Below are positions 10,234-18,762 of a DNA stretch of 64,000 nucleotides, piece after piece; the first letter of the stretch is position 1; each line of letters opens with the position of its first letter. The notes under the pieces were generated by a model. That model searched no databases and was not told the DNA's origin. It was given only the letters and a program-made list of their open reading frames with translations. The position numbers were made by a program, and so were the translations under genes. Source of the stretch: an uncultured Eubacteriales bacterium (GTDB taxonomy: Bacteria > Acidobacteriota > Aminicenantia > Aminicenantales > Aminicenantaceae); assembly GCA_964645765.1 (NCBI GenBank), contig CAZYBE010000007.1:2644-66643 (forward strand), read 5' to 3'.

Positions 10234-10973
10234 CAGTTGCTCTTGTAAGCCTTTTTTCTGAGCCAGACTTTAATCGGCTGAAAGTGGCTTTCCTGCGTGG
10301 CGATGATGATTCTTGATTTGATGAGCTCCAGGAGGCTGAAAAAAGCGATAAAGGCTTCTTCGAAGGATTCCTGCCGGTTAAAGTAGTCCAGAAAATCGAG
10401 ATAAGAATTCCTTTTTAATTCTTCGATGATTTCTCTCATCTTCTGTTCGAGAGAAATCTCCTCTCCTTTGATCGTCTTCGCTTCTTCCCTCTTCCTTTGC
10501 TTCATGAGCCTGAAAAAGGACTCTGCCAAATCGAAGAGGGAGACTTCGATGAAATCCATCTCATCGGTTTCAACGAGAGGAGGAAGAAAAGTTCTTCTCC
10601 ACATCTGAAGCTCTTCTTCCTCCTTCTCTTTCAGAAGGAGGCTGGCTGTTTTGATTTTTTGATAATCCACCAGGCGTTCTACGAGGAGTTGACGCAGGTC
10701 TTTTTCTTCCTCCAGGGTTTTCTCTCGGGGAAGAAGCATCTGAGATTTGATGTAGATGAGAAGCGCGGCGATGAGCAGGAATTCGGCTTCACGGTCGAGA
10801 TTCAACCTTTCTTTATGATTGAGGTATTCCAGATACTCTCTGGTGATGACGGCGATAGGGATATCATGGATATCGATTTTTCTTTTCTTGATCAGGAAGA
10901 GGAGAAGGTCAAGCGGGCCTTGAAAAGCTTCCAGCCTGACCTGGTAGGTTTCGGAAGCGTCCATAGTGTCCAA
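10233..10973 (-). CDS. scpA: Segregation and condensation protein A
   Basis: 246 aa. FQGPLDLLLFLIKKRKIDIHDIPIA N-terminal motif of ScpA kleisins. Confidence 0.85.
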   Translation of the reverse strand: MDTMDASETYQVRLEAFQGPLDLLLFLIKKRKIDIHDIPIAVITREYLEYLNHKERLNLDREAEFLLIAALLIYIKSQMLLPREKTLEEEKDLRQLLVERLVDYQKIKTASLLLKEKEEEELQMWRRTFLPPLVETDEMDFIEVSLFDLAESFFRLMKQRKREEAKTIKGEEISLEQKMREIIEELKRNSYLDFLDYFNRQESFEEAFIAFFSLLELIKSRIIIATQESHFQPIKVWLRKKAYKSN

Positions 10974-10981
10974 CTGGTCTT

Positions 10982-11974
10982 TTAAAAGCCGAGCCGAGCC
11001 CTGACTTCCTCCATCGTCTTTTGAGCTGCATCCCTTGCTCGCCTGTTTCCTTCTTCGAGGATATCCCAGACAAGCCGGGGGTTTTTCTTGAAGTTTTTCC
11101 TCTTTTCCCTGTAAGGAGAAAGGATTTCATCCAGCCTCTCGATGACGACATTCTTGCATTCCAAACAGCCAATGCCGGCTGTTCGGCACCCTTGAGCCAA
11201 TTCCTCTCTTTTTTCTTGAGTGACAAAAGCCTTATGCAGAGTAAAGGCTGGACAGTCTTCCGGCTCACCGGGGTCTGTCCTTCGTTTGCGCCTGATGTCG
11301 GTCATCATCGTTTCGATTTTTTGTCGCATGGTCTGCGGAGGATCCTGGAGGAAAATGGCGTTGCCGTAGGATTTACTCATCTTGCGACCGTCTATTCCAG
11401 CAAGCCTCGGAACTTCGCTGAGCAGAGTCTGAGGCTCAGGGAATGTCTTTCCGTAAAGCCGGTTGAAGCGCCTTGCCACTTCTCTGGTGAATTCGAGGTG
11501 ATAAACCTGGTCCTCTCCGACAGGGACGACATCTGCCTTGTAGATCAGGATATCAGCCGCTTGAAGCATGGGATAGCCGAGAAAGCCATAGGTATTGAGC
11601 TCTTTATCCGGGTTCTCCCGCTGCATCTCTTTGAAAGTCGGAACTCTTTCCAGCCAGGGAAGGGGAGTGACCATCGACAGAACGAGGTGCAGCTCAGCGT
11701 GCTCCTTGACCTCGGACTGAATGAAGAGAACAGATTTATTCGGGTCCAATCCGATGCTCATCCAATCCACGGCCAATTCGAGCGTGTATTCTTTGATGAC
11801 CTTCGAATTCTGGTATTCGGAGCTCAGGGCATGCCAAGTGACGATGGTATAAAAGCAGCGATATTCGTCTTGCATTTTAATCCAGTTGCGGAGCGGTCCG
11901 GCCAGATGGCCGAGATGGAGAGGGCCTGTCGGCCTCATCCCGCTGAGAACAACTTTTTTCTTTTTTCCCTTCAT
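10982..11974 (-). CDS. trpS: Tryptophan--tRNA ligase
   Basis: Class I aaRS HIGH (GPLHLGHL) and KMSKS motifs. Start taken at the internal ATG 11972-11974 (MKGKKKK), 1 nt after the upstream M50 protease stop. The track ORF extends to 12010. Confidence 0.9.
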   Translation of the reverse strand: MKGKKKKVVLSGMRPTGPLHLGHLAGPLRNWIKMQDEYRCFYTIVTWHALSSEYQNSKVIKEYTLELAVDWMSIGLDPNKSVLFIQSEVKEHAELHLVLSMVTPLPWLERVPTFKEMQRENPDKELNTYGFLGYPMLQAADILIYKADVVPVGEDQVYHLEFTREVARRFNRLYGKTFPEPQTLLSEVPRLAGIDGRKMSKSYGNAIFLQDPPQTMRQKIETMMTDIRRKRRTDPGEPEDCPAFTLHKAFVTQEKREELAQGCRTAGIGCLECKNVVIERLDEILSPYREKRKNFKKNPRLVWDILEEGNRRARDAAQKTMEEVRARLGF

Positions 11975-11975
11975 T

Positions 11976-12656
11976 TTAAATAAAGATAATGGTGTAAATG
12001 AGAAGCTCAATAGGCCTGATGATGATATTGAGAAGCCCGAGATAAATTAAAGCCAGGACAATGATAAAGCCGAAGGGACGGATCCTCTCATATTTTTGAG
12101 CAGCTTCGTCAGAGAGAAGACCCATCAGGACTCCGCTCCCATCCAGCGGCGGGATAGGAATGAGATTGAAGATTGCCAAGTAGGTATTGATCAATACGGC
12201 GTAGAAGAGGAGTAGAGTCAAGCCTTGAAGAGGATATAAGCCGCGGGGGAGAAAGCCATGGCCGAGGAGAAAAGACCCGAGAAAGGATTTGAGCTCAGGT
12301 TTCATAGTTTTGAAGAGGAGAATTCCAGCCAAAGCGATTGCAGCCGCAGCCAAGTTTGAGGCCGGGCCGGCTGCTGATATCCAGAGGTTGTCCCGCCGCG
12401 GATTTCTCAGGTTTATGGGGTTGACTGGAACTGGCTTAGCCCAGCCAAAAAGCGGAGCTTTGAGGATGAGGAGGATGAGGGGAAAGAGAATTGTGCCTAT
12501 TGGGTCGATGTGGGCTAATGGATTGAGTGAGACTCGGCCCAGATTGTAGGCTGTGGGGTCTCCCATTTTATGTGCTGCCCAGCCGTGAGAGGCTTCGTGG
12601 ATGGTTATGGCAAAGAGAAGGACGAAAACCGAGATGACAATCGAAACGATATTCAT
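11976..12656 (-). CDS. M50-family (site-2 protease-like) membrane metalloprotease
   Basis: 226 aa polytopic membrane protein with HEASHGWAAH (HExxH) in a transmembrane segment. Confidence 0.7.
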   Translation of the reverse strand: MNIVSIVISVFVLLFAITIHEASHGWAAHKMGDPTAYNLGRVSLNPLAHIDPIGTILFPLILLILKAPLFGWAKPVPVNPINLRNPRRDNLWISAAGPASNLAAAAIALAGILLFKTMKPELKSFLGSFLLGHGFLPRGLYPLQGLTLLLFYAVLINTYLAIFNLIPIPPLDGSGVLMGLLSDEAAQKYERIRPFGFIIVLALIYLGLLNIIIRPIELLIYTIIFI

Positions 12657-12704
12657 CTTAAACTAGAGCTATTTATAACATAAGAATGGCTTGGAGTAAA
12701 CTGT

Positions 12705-12925
12705 AAAAGCTGAATGGCTCTAAAACACGCCGCTTTTGCCCCAGCAAGCGAAGGCAGGGTGGTGAGAAAGCCGTGTGAAAGGCTGAGCGGGCATGGTTCC
12801 TCGACCGAAGGGAGAGGAGAGCGAAGCCTTGAACCGAGCCGCTTTTGCCTCGCCGGGGCAAAAGCGGCGTGCTTTCTCACCACCCTGCCTGAGCCATTCA
12901 AACGGTTTTCTCGCCATTCAGCTTT
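12705..12925. repeat. Structured intergenic repeat element, copy A (nested inverted repeats, MITE/REP-like)
   Basis: Terminal inverted repeat AAGCTGAATGGCTC / GAGCCATTCAGCTT. Inner arm CCGCTTTTGCC occurs three times (two direct, one inverted). The core GAAAGGCTGAGCGGGCATGGTTCCTCGACCGAAGGGAGAGGAGAGCGAAGCC is shared with the copies at 21.4, 26.4 and 53.0 kb. Confidence 0.6.
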
Positions 12926-12994
12926 TCCAGTTTATGAGATGAAAAAGGATTATGAAATTTTTTGCAAAAAAAGTTGCCTGTCCTCTTTTTTAGA

Positions 12995-14575
12995 TTAGCT
13001 TTTCAGGATTTTATCGACTTCTTCTCTATCGACTTCAGTTATGTAGGGAATACCGCTTATCTCTGCAGCATCCTTGGTCAAGGCAGCGATATCGTCGCGG
13101 CTGATGTAGCTCAGGTTGAACTTTCTGTTTCCAGCCATGAGCTGGCGCAAGCCTTGGCTGAGCCTCGAGAAATAGCTGAAGAGACCCATAGCACCGGTGG
13201 GTATTTCGCTGTACCTTTCTTGGTATTTCATCTTAAGTTCCGGCGCAGTGACAAAGATTTCTTCAGCCGTGCTGCCGAAGCGCTCGACATAGACCGGAAT
13301 CTGTCCTTCCTGGATTCTGCGGCCTATTGTTTTTCCGACCATGGTCGCTGCCAGAGGAGCTCTGGCCATTCCCACGGTTTTAAAATAAGGAGCTCCCAAG
13401 GCTAATGCTTTGTAAATTTGGTCTTCAAAAGTGATGCCGCCAGCGGCTGCTACATCCGGGATGTACTCTCCTTTTTCGTCGAGCCTGCGCAGGTATTGAT
13501 AGAGGAGGGACCAGATTTCGACGCTCGGAATTCCCCATTCGTTCATCATCCGCCAGGGGCTCATTCCTGTTCCGCCGCCAGCGCCGTCAACTGTTAAAAG
13601 GTCGATCTTGGCTTTTGAGGAGAATTTGACCGCCCTGGCCAAGTCCGCAGGCCTATAAGCTCCGGTCTTGAGGAAGACATATTTTGCACCTGCCTTTCTC
13701 AATTCCTCGACTCTTTTCATGAAGCCTTCCTCCTCGACCATTCCCAGCCTGGAGTGCCTCTCGAACTCCTTGAAGCTTCCCTTTTCAAAGGCCTGGATGA
13801 TACTCGGGTCATCAGGGTCGGGCAGGACAATATAGCCTCTTTTCTTCAATTCCTGGGCCTTCTTGAGGCTCTTGATCTTGACCTCTCCGCCGATGTCCTT
13901 GGCTCCTTGTCCCCATTTCAGCTCCACGGCTTCAACTCCCAATTTCTGGATGGCATACTCATGAACCCCAAGCCTTGTATCCTCGACATTGGCCTGGATG
14001 ACAACTGTTCCATAACGGTCTTCCTGGAAATCTTTGAAAAATTTGACCCTGGACTCCATGTCAGGAGAGCGGACGATCTTCCCATTCTTGATTTCAGATT
14101 CATCATCCATCCCGCAGACATTCTCTCCGATGGTGAGAATCGTCCCGGCTATGGCCGCTCCTTTGGCCAGGCCTTCCCAATTTTGCTTGGCCACGTTTGT
14201 TGAACCCATACCGCAAAGGATGAAGGGAACTTTTAGCTTAATTCCTTTGTCGTGTCCGACCGCGGTCTCGATGCTGACCTTAGGAAAGGTGGCTTTGTCG
14301 CTGTCGGCTTCAACGCCATAGGCTCCGACAGCCGTGCCCATGATGCTGAAGTGAGAAAGGTCCACAGGATACTCTTTCTCCGAGGCGGCGGTGATGATGC
14401 CAAAGGGCTGGGGATAGAGGACTTCGGGGCCGCGATAAGCAGATTTTCCTATTTCGCACATTCCGATGCAGCCGTCGACACAGGTCACGCACATTCCGCT
14501 GAAAGGACTGACCGAGCCTTCTGTTCTGTTCTTGGTCAAAGTGGCTGCGCTTCTGTTGAGTTTTGTATAAGCCAT
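12995..14575 (-). CDS. Glutamate synthase domain-2 (FMN-binding) family protein with N-terminal Cys cluster
   Basis: 526 aa. N-terminal CVTCVDGCIGMCEIG (Cx2Cx3Cx3C). Central GltB-like FMN barrel (DGAGGGTG, GIPSVE) matches the PF01645-type family. No amidotransferase or GXGXG domains. Confidence 0.75.
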   Translation of the reverse strand: MAYTKLNRSAATLTKNRTEGSVSPFSGMCVTCVDGCIGMCEIGKSAYRGPEVLYPQPFGIITAASEKEYPVDLSHFSIMGTAVGAYGVEADSDKATFPKVSIETAVGHDKGIKLKVPFILCGMGSTNVAKQNWEGLAKGAAIAGTILTIGENVCGMDDESEIKNGKIVRSPDMESRVKFFKDFQEDRYGTVVIQANVEDTRLGVHEYAIQKLGVEAVELKWGQGAKDIGGEVKIKSLKKAQELKKRGYIVLPDPDDPSIIQAFEKGSFKEFERHSRLGMVEEEGFMKRVEELRKAGAKYVFLKTGAYRPADLARAVKFSSKAKIDLLTVDGAGGGTGMSPWRMMNEWGIPSVEIWSLLYQYLRRLDEKGEYIPDVAAAGGITFEDQIYKALALGAPYFKTVGMARAPLAATMVGKTIGRRIQEGQIPVYVERFGSTAEEIFVTAPELKMKYQERYSEIPTGAMGLFSYFSRLSQGLRQLMAGNRKFNLSYISRDDIAALTKDAAEISGIPYITEVDREEVDKILKS

Positions 14576-14648
14576 AATGATTACCTCCTTGTTGTCAAAT
14601 TTATTTTATAAGCAGCGAAGAGCAATAAACTCAAAAATATTCTCATTT

Positions 14649-15368
14649 CTATTTGCTCGCTCTTGTCTGCTCCTTCTTTTCTGATTTTTCGCTCTTTTCT
14701 CGAACGCAAGTTCCGCAGCGGCCGACGTCATACATCCAGCACTGAAGCTCATCGTAATGGTCAAGGCAGGTTGGGTCCATGGTCAAACAGGCATTGCAGA
14801 CCGCTGTCTCTGCCTGAGGCCCCTGGCATCTCAACTGGCAAGCCGGACAGATGTACATACAGCCGCCGCAAAGCCGGCATTCCTCAGAGCGGATGTCGAA
14901 AGGAGTGGATATTTTTCTTCTATGGCCTCGCTTTTGAAAGCCAATCGCCCGGCCGTCCATCTGTTCCGCACACATCCGGACGCAGAGGCCGCAGAGGATG
15001 CATTCTTCGTTTCGAATCTTGAACCTGACCTGTTTGACTCCAAATTTAGAGGCTAGGTCTTGGATAATTTTTGAGTTTGGTGCGAGGGAAAGCATGAGCT
15101 CGATCATCATCTTTCGAGTTTCAATGACTCTGCGGGTATCGGTTCTGACCACGAGCCCTTCCTCCACAGGATAGGTGCAAGAAGAGACCAATTTGGACTT
15201 AGGTTCCTGACCTATCTCCACAAGACAAAGACGGCAGCCGCCAAAGCGGCTTAATCCTTCGTGGTAACAGAGGGTTGGTATTTCCATGCCGTAAAATCTA
15301 GCCGCATCTAAAATGGTTTGGCCTTTTTCTGCTTTAACTTCCAAGGCGTTTATATATAGTGTAATCAT
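14649..15368 (-). CDS. NuoG/HydA N-terminal-like Fe-S protein (2Fe-2S plus 4Fe-4S ferredoxin domains)
   Basis: Start taken at MITLYINALEV (ATG 15366-15368). Plant-type 2Fe-2S motif (CYHEGLSRFGGCRLCLVEI) followed by CILCGLCVRMC and CRLCGGCMYICP clusters. No molybdopterin or hydrogenase catalytic domain. Confidence 0.7.
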   Translation of the reverse strand: MITLYINALEVKAEKGQTILDAARFYGMEIPTLCYHEGLSRFGGCRLCLVEIGQEPKSKLVSSCTYPVEEGLVVRTDTRRVIETRKMMIELMLSLAPNSKIIQDLASKFGVKQVRFKIRNEECILCGLCVRMCAEQMDGRAIGFQKRGHRRKISTPFDIRSEECRLCGGCMYICPACQLRCQGPQAETAVCNACLTMDPTCLDHYDELQCWMYDVGRCGTCVREKSEKSEKKEQTRASK

Positions 15369-15375
15369 TTTTTCC

Positions 15376-17226
15376 TCACTCGATTTTAATCGCATCAAAG
15401 TTGCAAGCCTCACAGCAGGCTCCGCATTTAATGCATTTCACTGGATCGATAACATGGACTTTTTTTAATTCCCCAGAAATAGCTCCCTGGGGACAGACCT
15501 TCAGACAGGCTAAGCAGCCTGTGCATTTTTCTTCTATGATAGAGTATTGGATTAATTTTGTACAAACCCCTGCCGGACATTTTTTATCTTTTATGTGAGC
15601 TTCAAATTCATCCCTGAAGTACCGAATCGTGGAAAGGACTGGATTGGCAGCCGTTTGGCCCAGACCACACATGGAAGCATCCCTGGTGGCTTTAGCCAGA
15701 GCCATAAGGAACTCGAGGTCTCCTTCCTTTCCTCTTCCTTCTGAGATATCAGTGACCATTTCCCACATTCTTTGAGTCCCTTCCCGGCAGGAGAGACATT
15801 TGCCACAGGATTCATCTCTTAGAAAATTCAAGAAATATTTAGCCACGTCCACCATGCAGGTATTTTCATCCATAACGATCATCCCCCCAGACCCCATCAT
15901 CGAGCCAACTTCAGCCAGGCTCTCATAATCAATGGGCAGGTCAAGCTTTTCTTTAGGGATGCATCCGCCTGAGGGACCGCCGGTCTGAACAGCCTTGAAT
16001 TCTTTCCCCCCTGGGATTCCTCCGCCGATGTCAAAGATGATTTCTCTCAAGGTGATTCCCATTGGGACTTCCACCAGCCCTGTGTTATTGATTTTTCCGA
16101 CGAGTGAAAATATTTTGGTTCCCTTGCTTTTCTCTGTGCCTATTCTTGAGAACCAATCAGCCCCCCGGTTTATGATCGCAGGAGCATTAGCCCAAGTCTC
16201 GACATTATTAATATTCGTCGGCTTCCCCCAAAGTCCCTCTTGGGCGGGATAGGGAGGCCTCTGTTTGGGGATTCCAATTTTTCCTTCGATACAAGCCAAT
16301 AACGCTGATTCTTCGCCCGAGACAAACGCTCCAGCTCCTTTTGAGATTGAAATATCGAAGCTGAAGTCAGTGCCAAGTATATTTTTTCCGAGTAAGTTAT
16401 ATTCTCTGGCTTGGTCAAGAGCAATGGTGATATTTTCGACGGCAAGCGGATATTCTGCACGGACATAAATAATTCCTTCTTTTGCGCCTATGGCATAGGC
16501 TCCGATGAGCATACCTTCGATGACGCTATGGGGATTTCCCTCCAATAAACTTCTATCCATATAAGCACCTGGGTCACCTTCATCACAATTACAGACGATA
16601 TATTTTTTATCTCCCTTGGCTTTGCTTGTAAATTCCCATTTATATCCAGTGGGAAAACCTGCTCCACCTCGTCCTCTTAATCCAGATTTTTTGATTTCCT
16701 CTAAAACTCCATGGGGGGTCATGGTTTGCAGGGCTTTAGCGATGGCTGAATAGCCATTCACAGCTATGTAATCTTTGATTTCAGTGGGGTCGACGAAACC
16801 ATTGTTTCCAAAAATGATTCGTTTTTGTTCTTTATAGAAAGGGACTTCCTTTTCATACACAATCTTTTCTTCAGTTTGGGGATGAACATAAAGAAGGCGA
16901 TCAATAATTTTTTTCTCTTTAATTGTTTTTGAAATAACTTCTTTAATATCTTTAAGTTGAATTCGCTGGTAGAAAATTCCTTCAGGCTGGATGACGATGA
17001 TCGGCCCTCTTTCACAGAACCCATGACAGCCCGTCGTTCGAACTTCGGCGACATCCTGAAGATTTTGATTTTTAATTTCATCCTTGAAAGCCTGGGCAAC
17101 TTTTTGACATCCATATGCATGACAACCTGTTCCACTGCAGATGGTAATGATGGATTTCCCATTTTTGCGGGATTTTAGAATATCTTTTCTTAGCTCGTCT
17201 AATTTTTTGATATTCATACTTCCCAT
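15376..17226 (-). CDS. NuoF-like NADH-binding flavoprotein subunit (HydB/HndC architecture)
   Basis: 616 aa. N-terminal thioredoxin-like 2Fe-2S domain (CSGTGCHAYGC ... CHGFCERGP). 51-kDa core (GRGGAGFPTGYKWEF, SCGKCLSCREGT). Two C-terminal 4Fe-4S ferredoxin motifs. Confidence 0.85.
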   Translation of the reverse strand: MGSMNIKKLDELRKDILKSRKNGKSIITICSGTGCHAYGCQKVAQAFKDEIKNQNLQDVAEVRTTGCHGFCERGPIIVIQPEGIFYQRIQLKDIKEVISKTIKEKKIIDRLLYVHPQTEEKIVYEKEVPFYKEQKRIIFGNNGFVDPTEIKDYIAVNGYSAIAKALQTMTPHGVLEEIKKSGLRGRGGAGFPTGYKWEFTSKAKGDKKYIVCNCDEGDPGAYMDRSLLEGNPHSVIEGMLIGAYAIGAKEGIIYVRAEYPLAVENITIALDQAREYNLLGKNILGTDFSFDISISKGAGAFVSGEESALLACIEGKIGIPKQRPPYPAQEGLWGKPTNINNVETWANAPAIINRGADWFSRIGTEKSKGTKIFSLVGKINNTGLVEVPMGITLREIIFDIGGGIPGGKEFKAVQTGGPSGGCIPKEKLDLPIDYESLAEVGSMMGSGGMIVMDENTCMVDVAKYFLNFLRDESCGKCLSCREGTQRMWEMVTDISEGRGKEGDLEFLMALAKATRDASMCGLGQTAANPVLSTIRYFRDEFEAHIKDKKCPAGVCTKLIQYSIIEEKCTGCLACLKVCPQGAISGELKKVHVIDPVKCIKCGACCEACNFDAIKIE

Positions 17227-17708
17227 TATTCAGCTTTACTCCTTTTCTCAGGCCTGAATTTTTTAATGAGCTTGTCAACTTTTCTGATTTTCATTTGGCC
17301 GTAATAATCCCCATCGATGACAGCGATGGGTCCCAGAGCGCAGGCCCCTAAACAGTTGACGGTTTCTAATGTAAACAGGTTATCTTTCGTTGTTTCTCCG
17401 ACCTTTATGTTGAGCCTTCTTTTAAACTCTTCTAAGACCAGCGGAGCTCCTCTGACGTGACAAGCCGTGCCCATGCAAATGGTAATCAGATGCTTTCCCC
17501 GAGCGGTGAGGCTGAAAATATTATAGAAGGTGGCGATGCTTATCACATCCATCAGAGGAACTTCTAAAGCTTCTGATACCTTTATCAAAGCATTTTGAGG
17601 AAGATAATTAAATTTAGCCTGAATGTCTTGAAGGATGGGCATTAAGTATTTCTTTTCTTGGGGATGCTTTTTTATTATTGTATCGAATTCAGCGACTTCG
17701 GGTTGCAT
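17226..17708 (-). CDS. NuoE-like 24-kDa thioredoxin-like 2Fe-2S subunit
   Basis: 160 aa. CMGTACHVRG ... CLGACALGP motif. Confidence 0.85.
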   Translation of the reverse strand: MQPEVAEFDTIIKKHPQEKKYLMPILQDIQAKFNYLPQNALIKVSEALEVPLMDVISIATFYNIFSLTARGKHLITICMGTACHVRGAPLVLEEFKRRLNIKVGETTKDNLFTLETVNCLGACALGPIAVIDGDYYGQMKIRKVDKLIKKFRPEKRSKAE

Positions 17709-17972
17709 GAGTCTTCTCCAAATTTGATATTGTCTAAATTAAGGATTCTTTTGAATTGAGGGGAAGATTGATAATTGAATTATGAAATTTATAATTCCTC
17801 CTCTTAACTTTTAATATAAATAATATAAAAAATAAAAATTATTAACACTTTTTTATAACAGATATTCATTATTCTTGTCAAGAATTCGTGTTATTTAAAG
17901 TTGAAAAGTGTTATTTATGTTATTTAAAGTTGAATTCGAGGACGAATTCGAGGACGAGGACAAAAAGAATTC

Positions 17973-18001
17973 TTGACAGTGAATAGGAATTAGCCATAAT
18001 T
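17973..18001 (+). promoter_or_regulatory. Putative sigma-70 promoter for speH (TTGACA-N16-CATAAT)
   Basis: TTGACA at 17973-17978 and CATAAT at 17995-18000, about 30 nt upstream of the speH ATG. Embedded in an AT-rich region with direct and inverted repeats. Confidence 0.35.
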
Positions 18002-18029
18002 ACTTCCAAACTGTCCGAGGAGAAGAAGG

Positions 18030-18485
18030 ATGACAAAAAAGATTCACCGAGCCATAGGCCATCATTATATCGTCGAAGCATCCGGATGCGACCCCGAGGT
18101 GATCAGCAGCGTCGACAAAGTCCAGCAGATCTTGGTCAAAGCTGCAGAAATTGCCGGAGCTCAGGTCTGGTCTATTTCTGTCAACAGGTTTCCTCCTAAG
18201 GGAGTCAGTGGAGTCATCGTCATTTCTGAGTCTCATATTTCCACCCACACCTGGCCAGAATACAGGTATGGAGCTCTGGACTTTTACACCTGCGGCAGTT
18301 CTGTTGATCCAGAGAAGGCGGTGTTCTATGCTGTCGAAGCTTTTGGTGCCACGACTTCTCACGTCACGGAGATCACACGAGGAATTGAGGAAGGAGACAA
18401 AATTTTTTACCACAGCTTTATCACTTGGGAAGAGGATTTTGTCACCGAGAAAAAAAAGAGAATAGATGCCAAGAAGTTAAGCTAA
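18030..18485 (+). CDS. speH: S-adenosylmethionine decarboxylase proenzyme (class 1, SpeH type)
   Basis: 151 aa. ESHISTHTWPE self-cleavage/pyruvoyl motif. Confidence 0.85.
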   Translation: MTKKIHRAIGHHYIVEASGCDPEVISSVDKVQQILVKAAEIAGAQVWSISVNRFPPKGVSGVIVISESHISTHTWPEYRYGALDFYTCGSSVDPEKAVFYAVEAFGATTSHVTEITRGIEEGDKIFYHSFITWEEDFVTEKKKRIDAKKLS

Positions 18486-18762
18486 GATTCCAGAGAATAT
18501 TTCAAAATTCCCGGCTTCCTCCCTTCAGCTCTCTCTGTTAAGTTTCTTTACAATTTACGACTCATCATAATCCAACCTTGAATAAAATTCTGAGGGAATT
18601 CCCCAAAACAGGACGTTCATCTTTTGATTCAAATGGCATAAAAATTGCTATTTTTAGTCGAGGGCCAAAGATGAAGCTTATGGAAGGATGGGAGAAATCG
18701 AAACTTAGATTTCCTATTTTTTTAATAGATTTTCTTAAATTTGATATAATAAAAATAGAACA

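Noticed and set aside
11021-11983. 320-aa plus-strand ORF
   Set aside because: Lies entirely antisense to the well-supported trpS gene. Low-complexity composition with no motifs. Typical shadow ORF.
17882-17972. Four GAATTC (EcoRI) sites within 90 bp
   Set aside because: They are a by-product of the GAATTCGAGGAC direct repeats and the inverted repeat, not a restriction-system feature. Treated as part of the speH regulatory repeat region.
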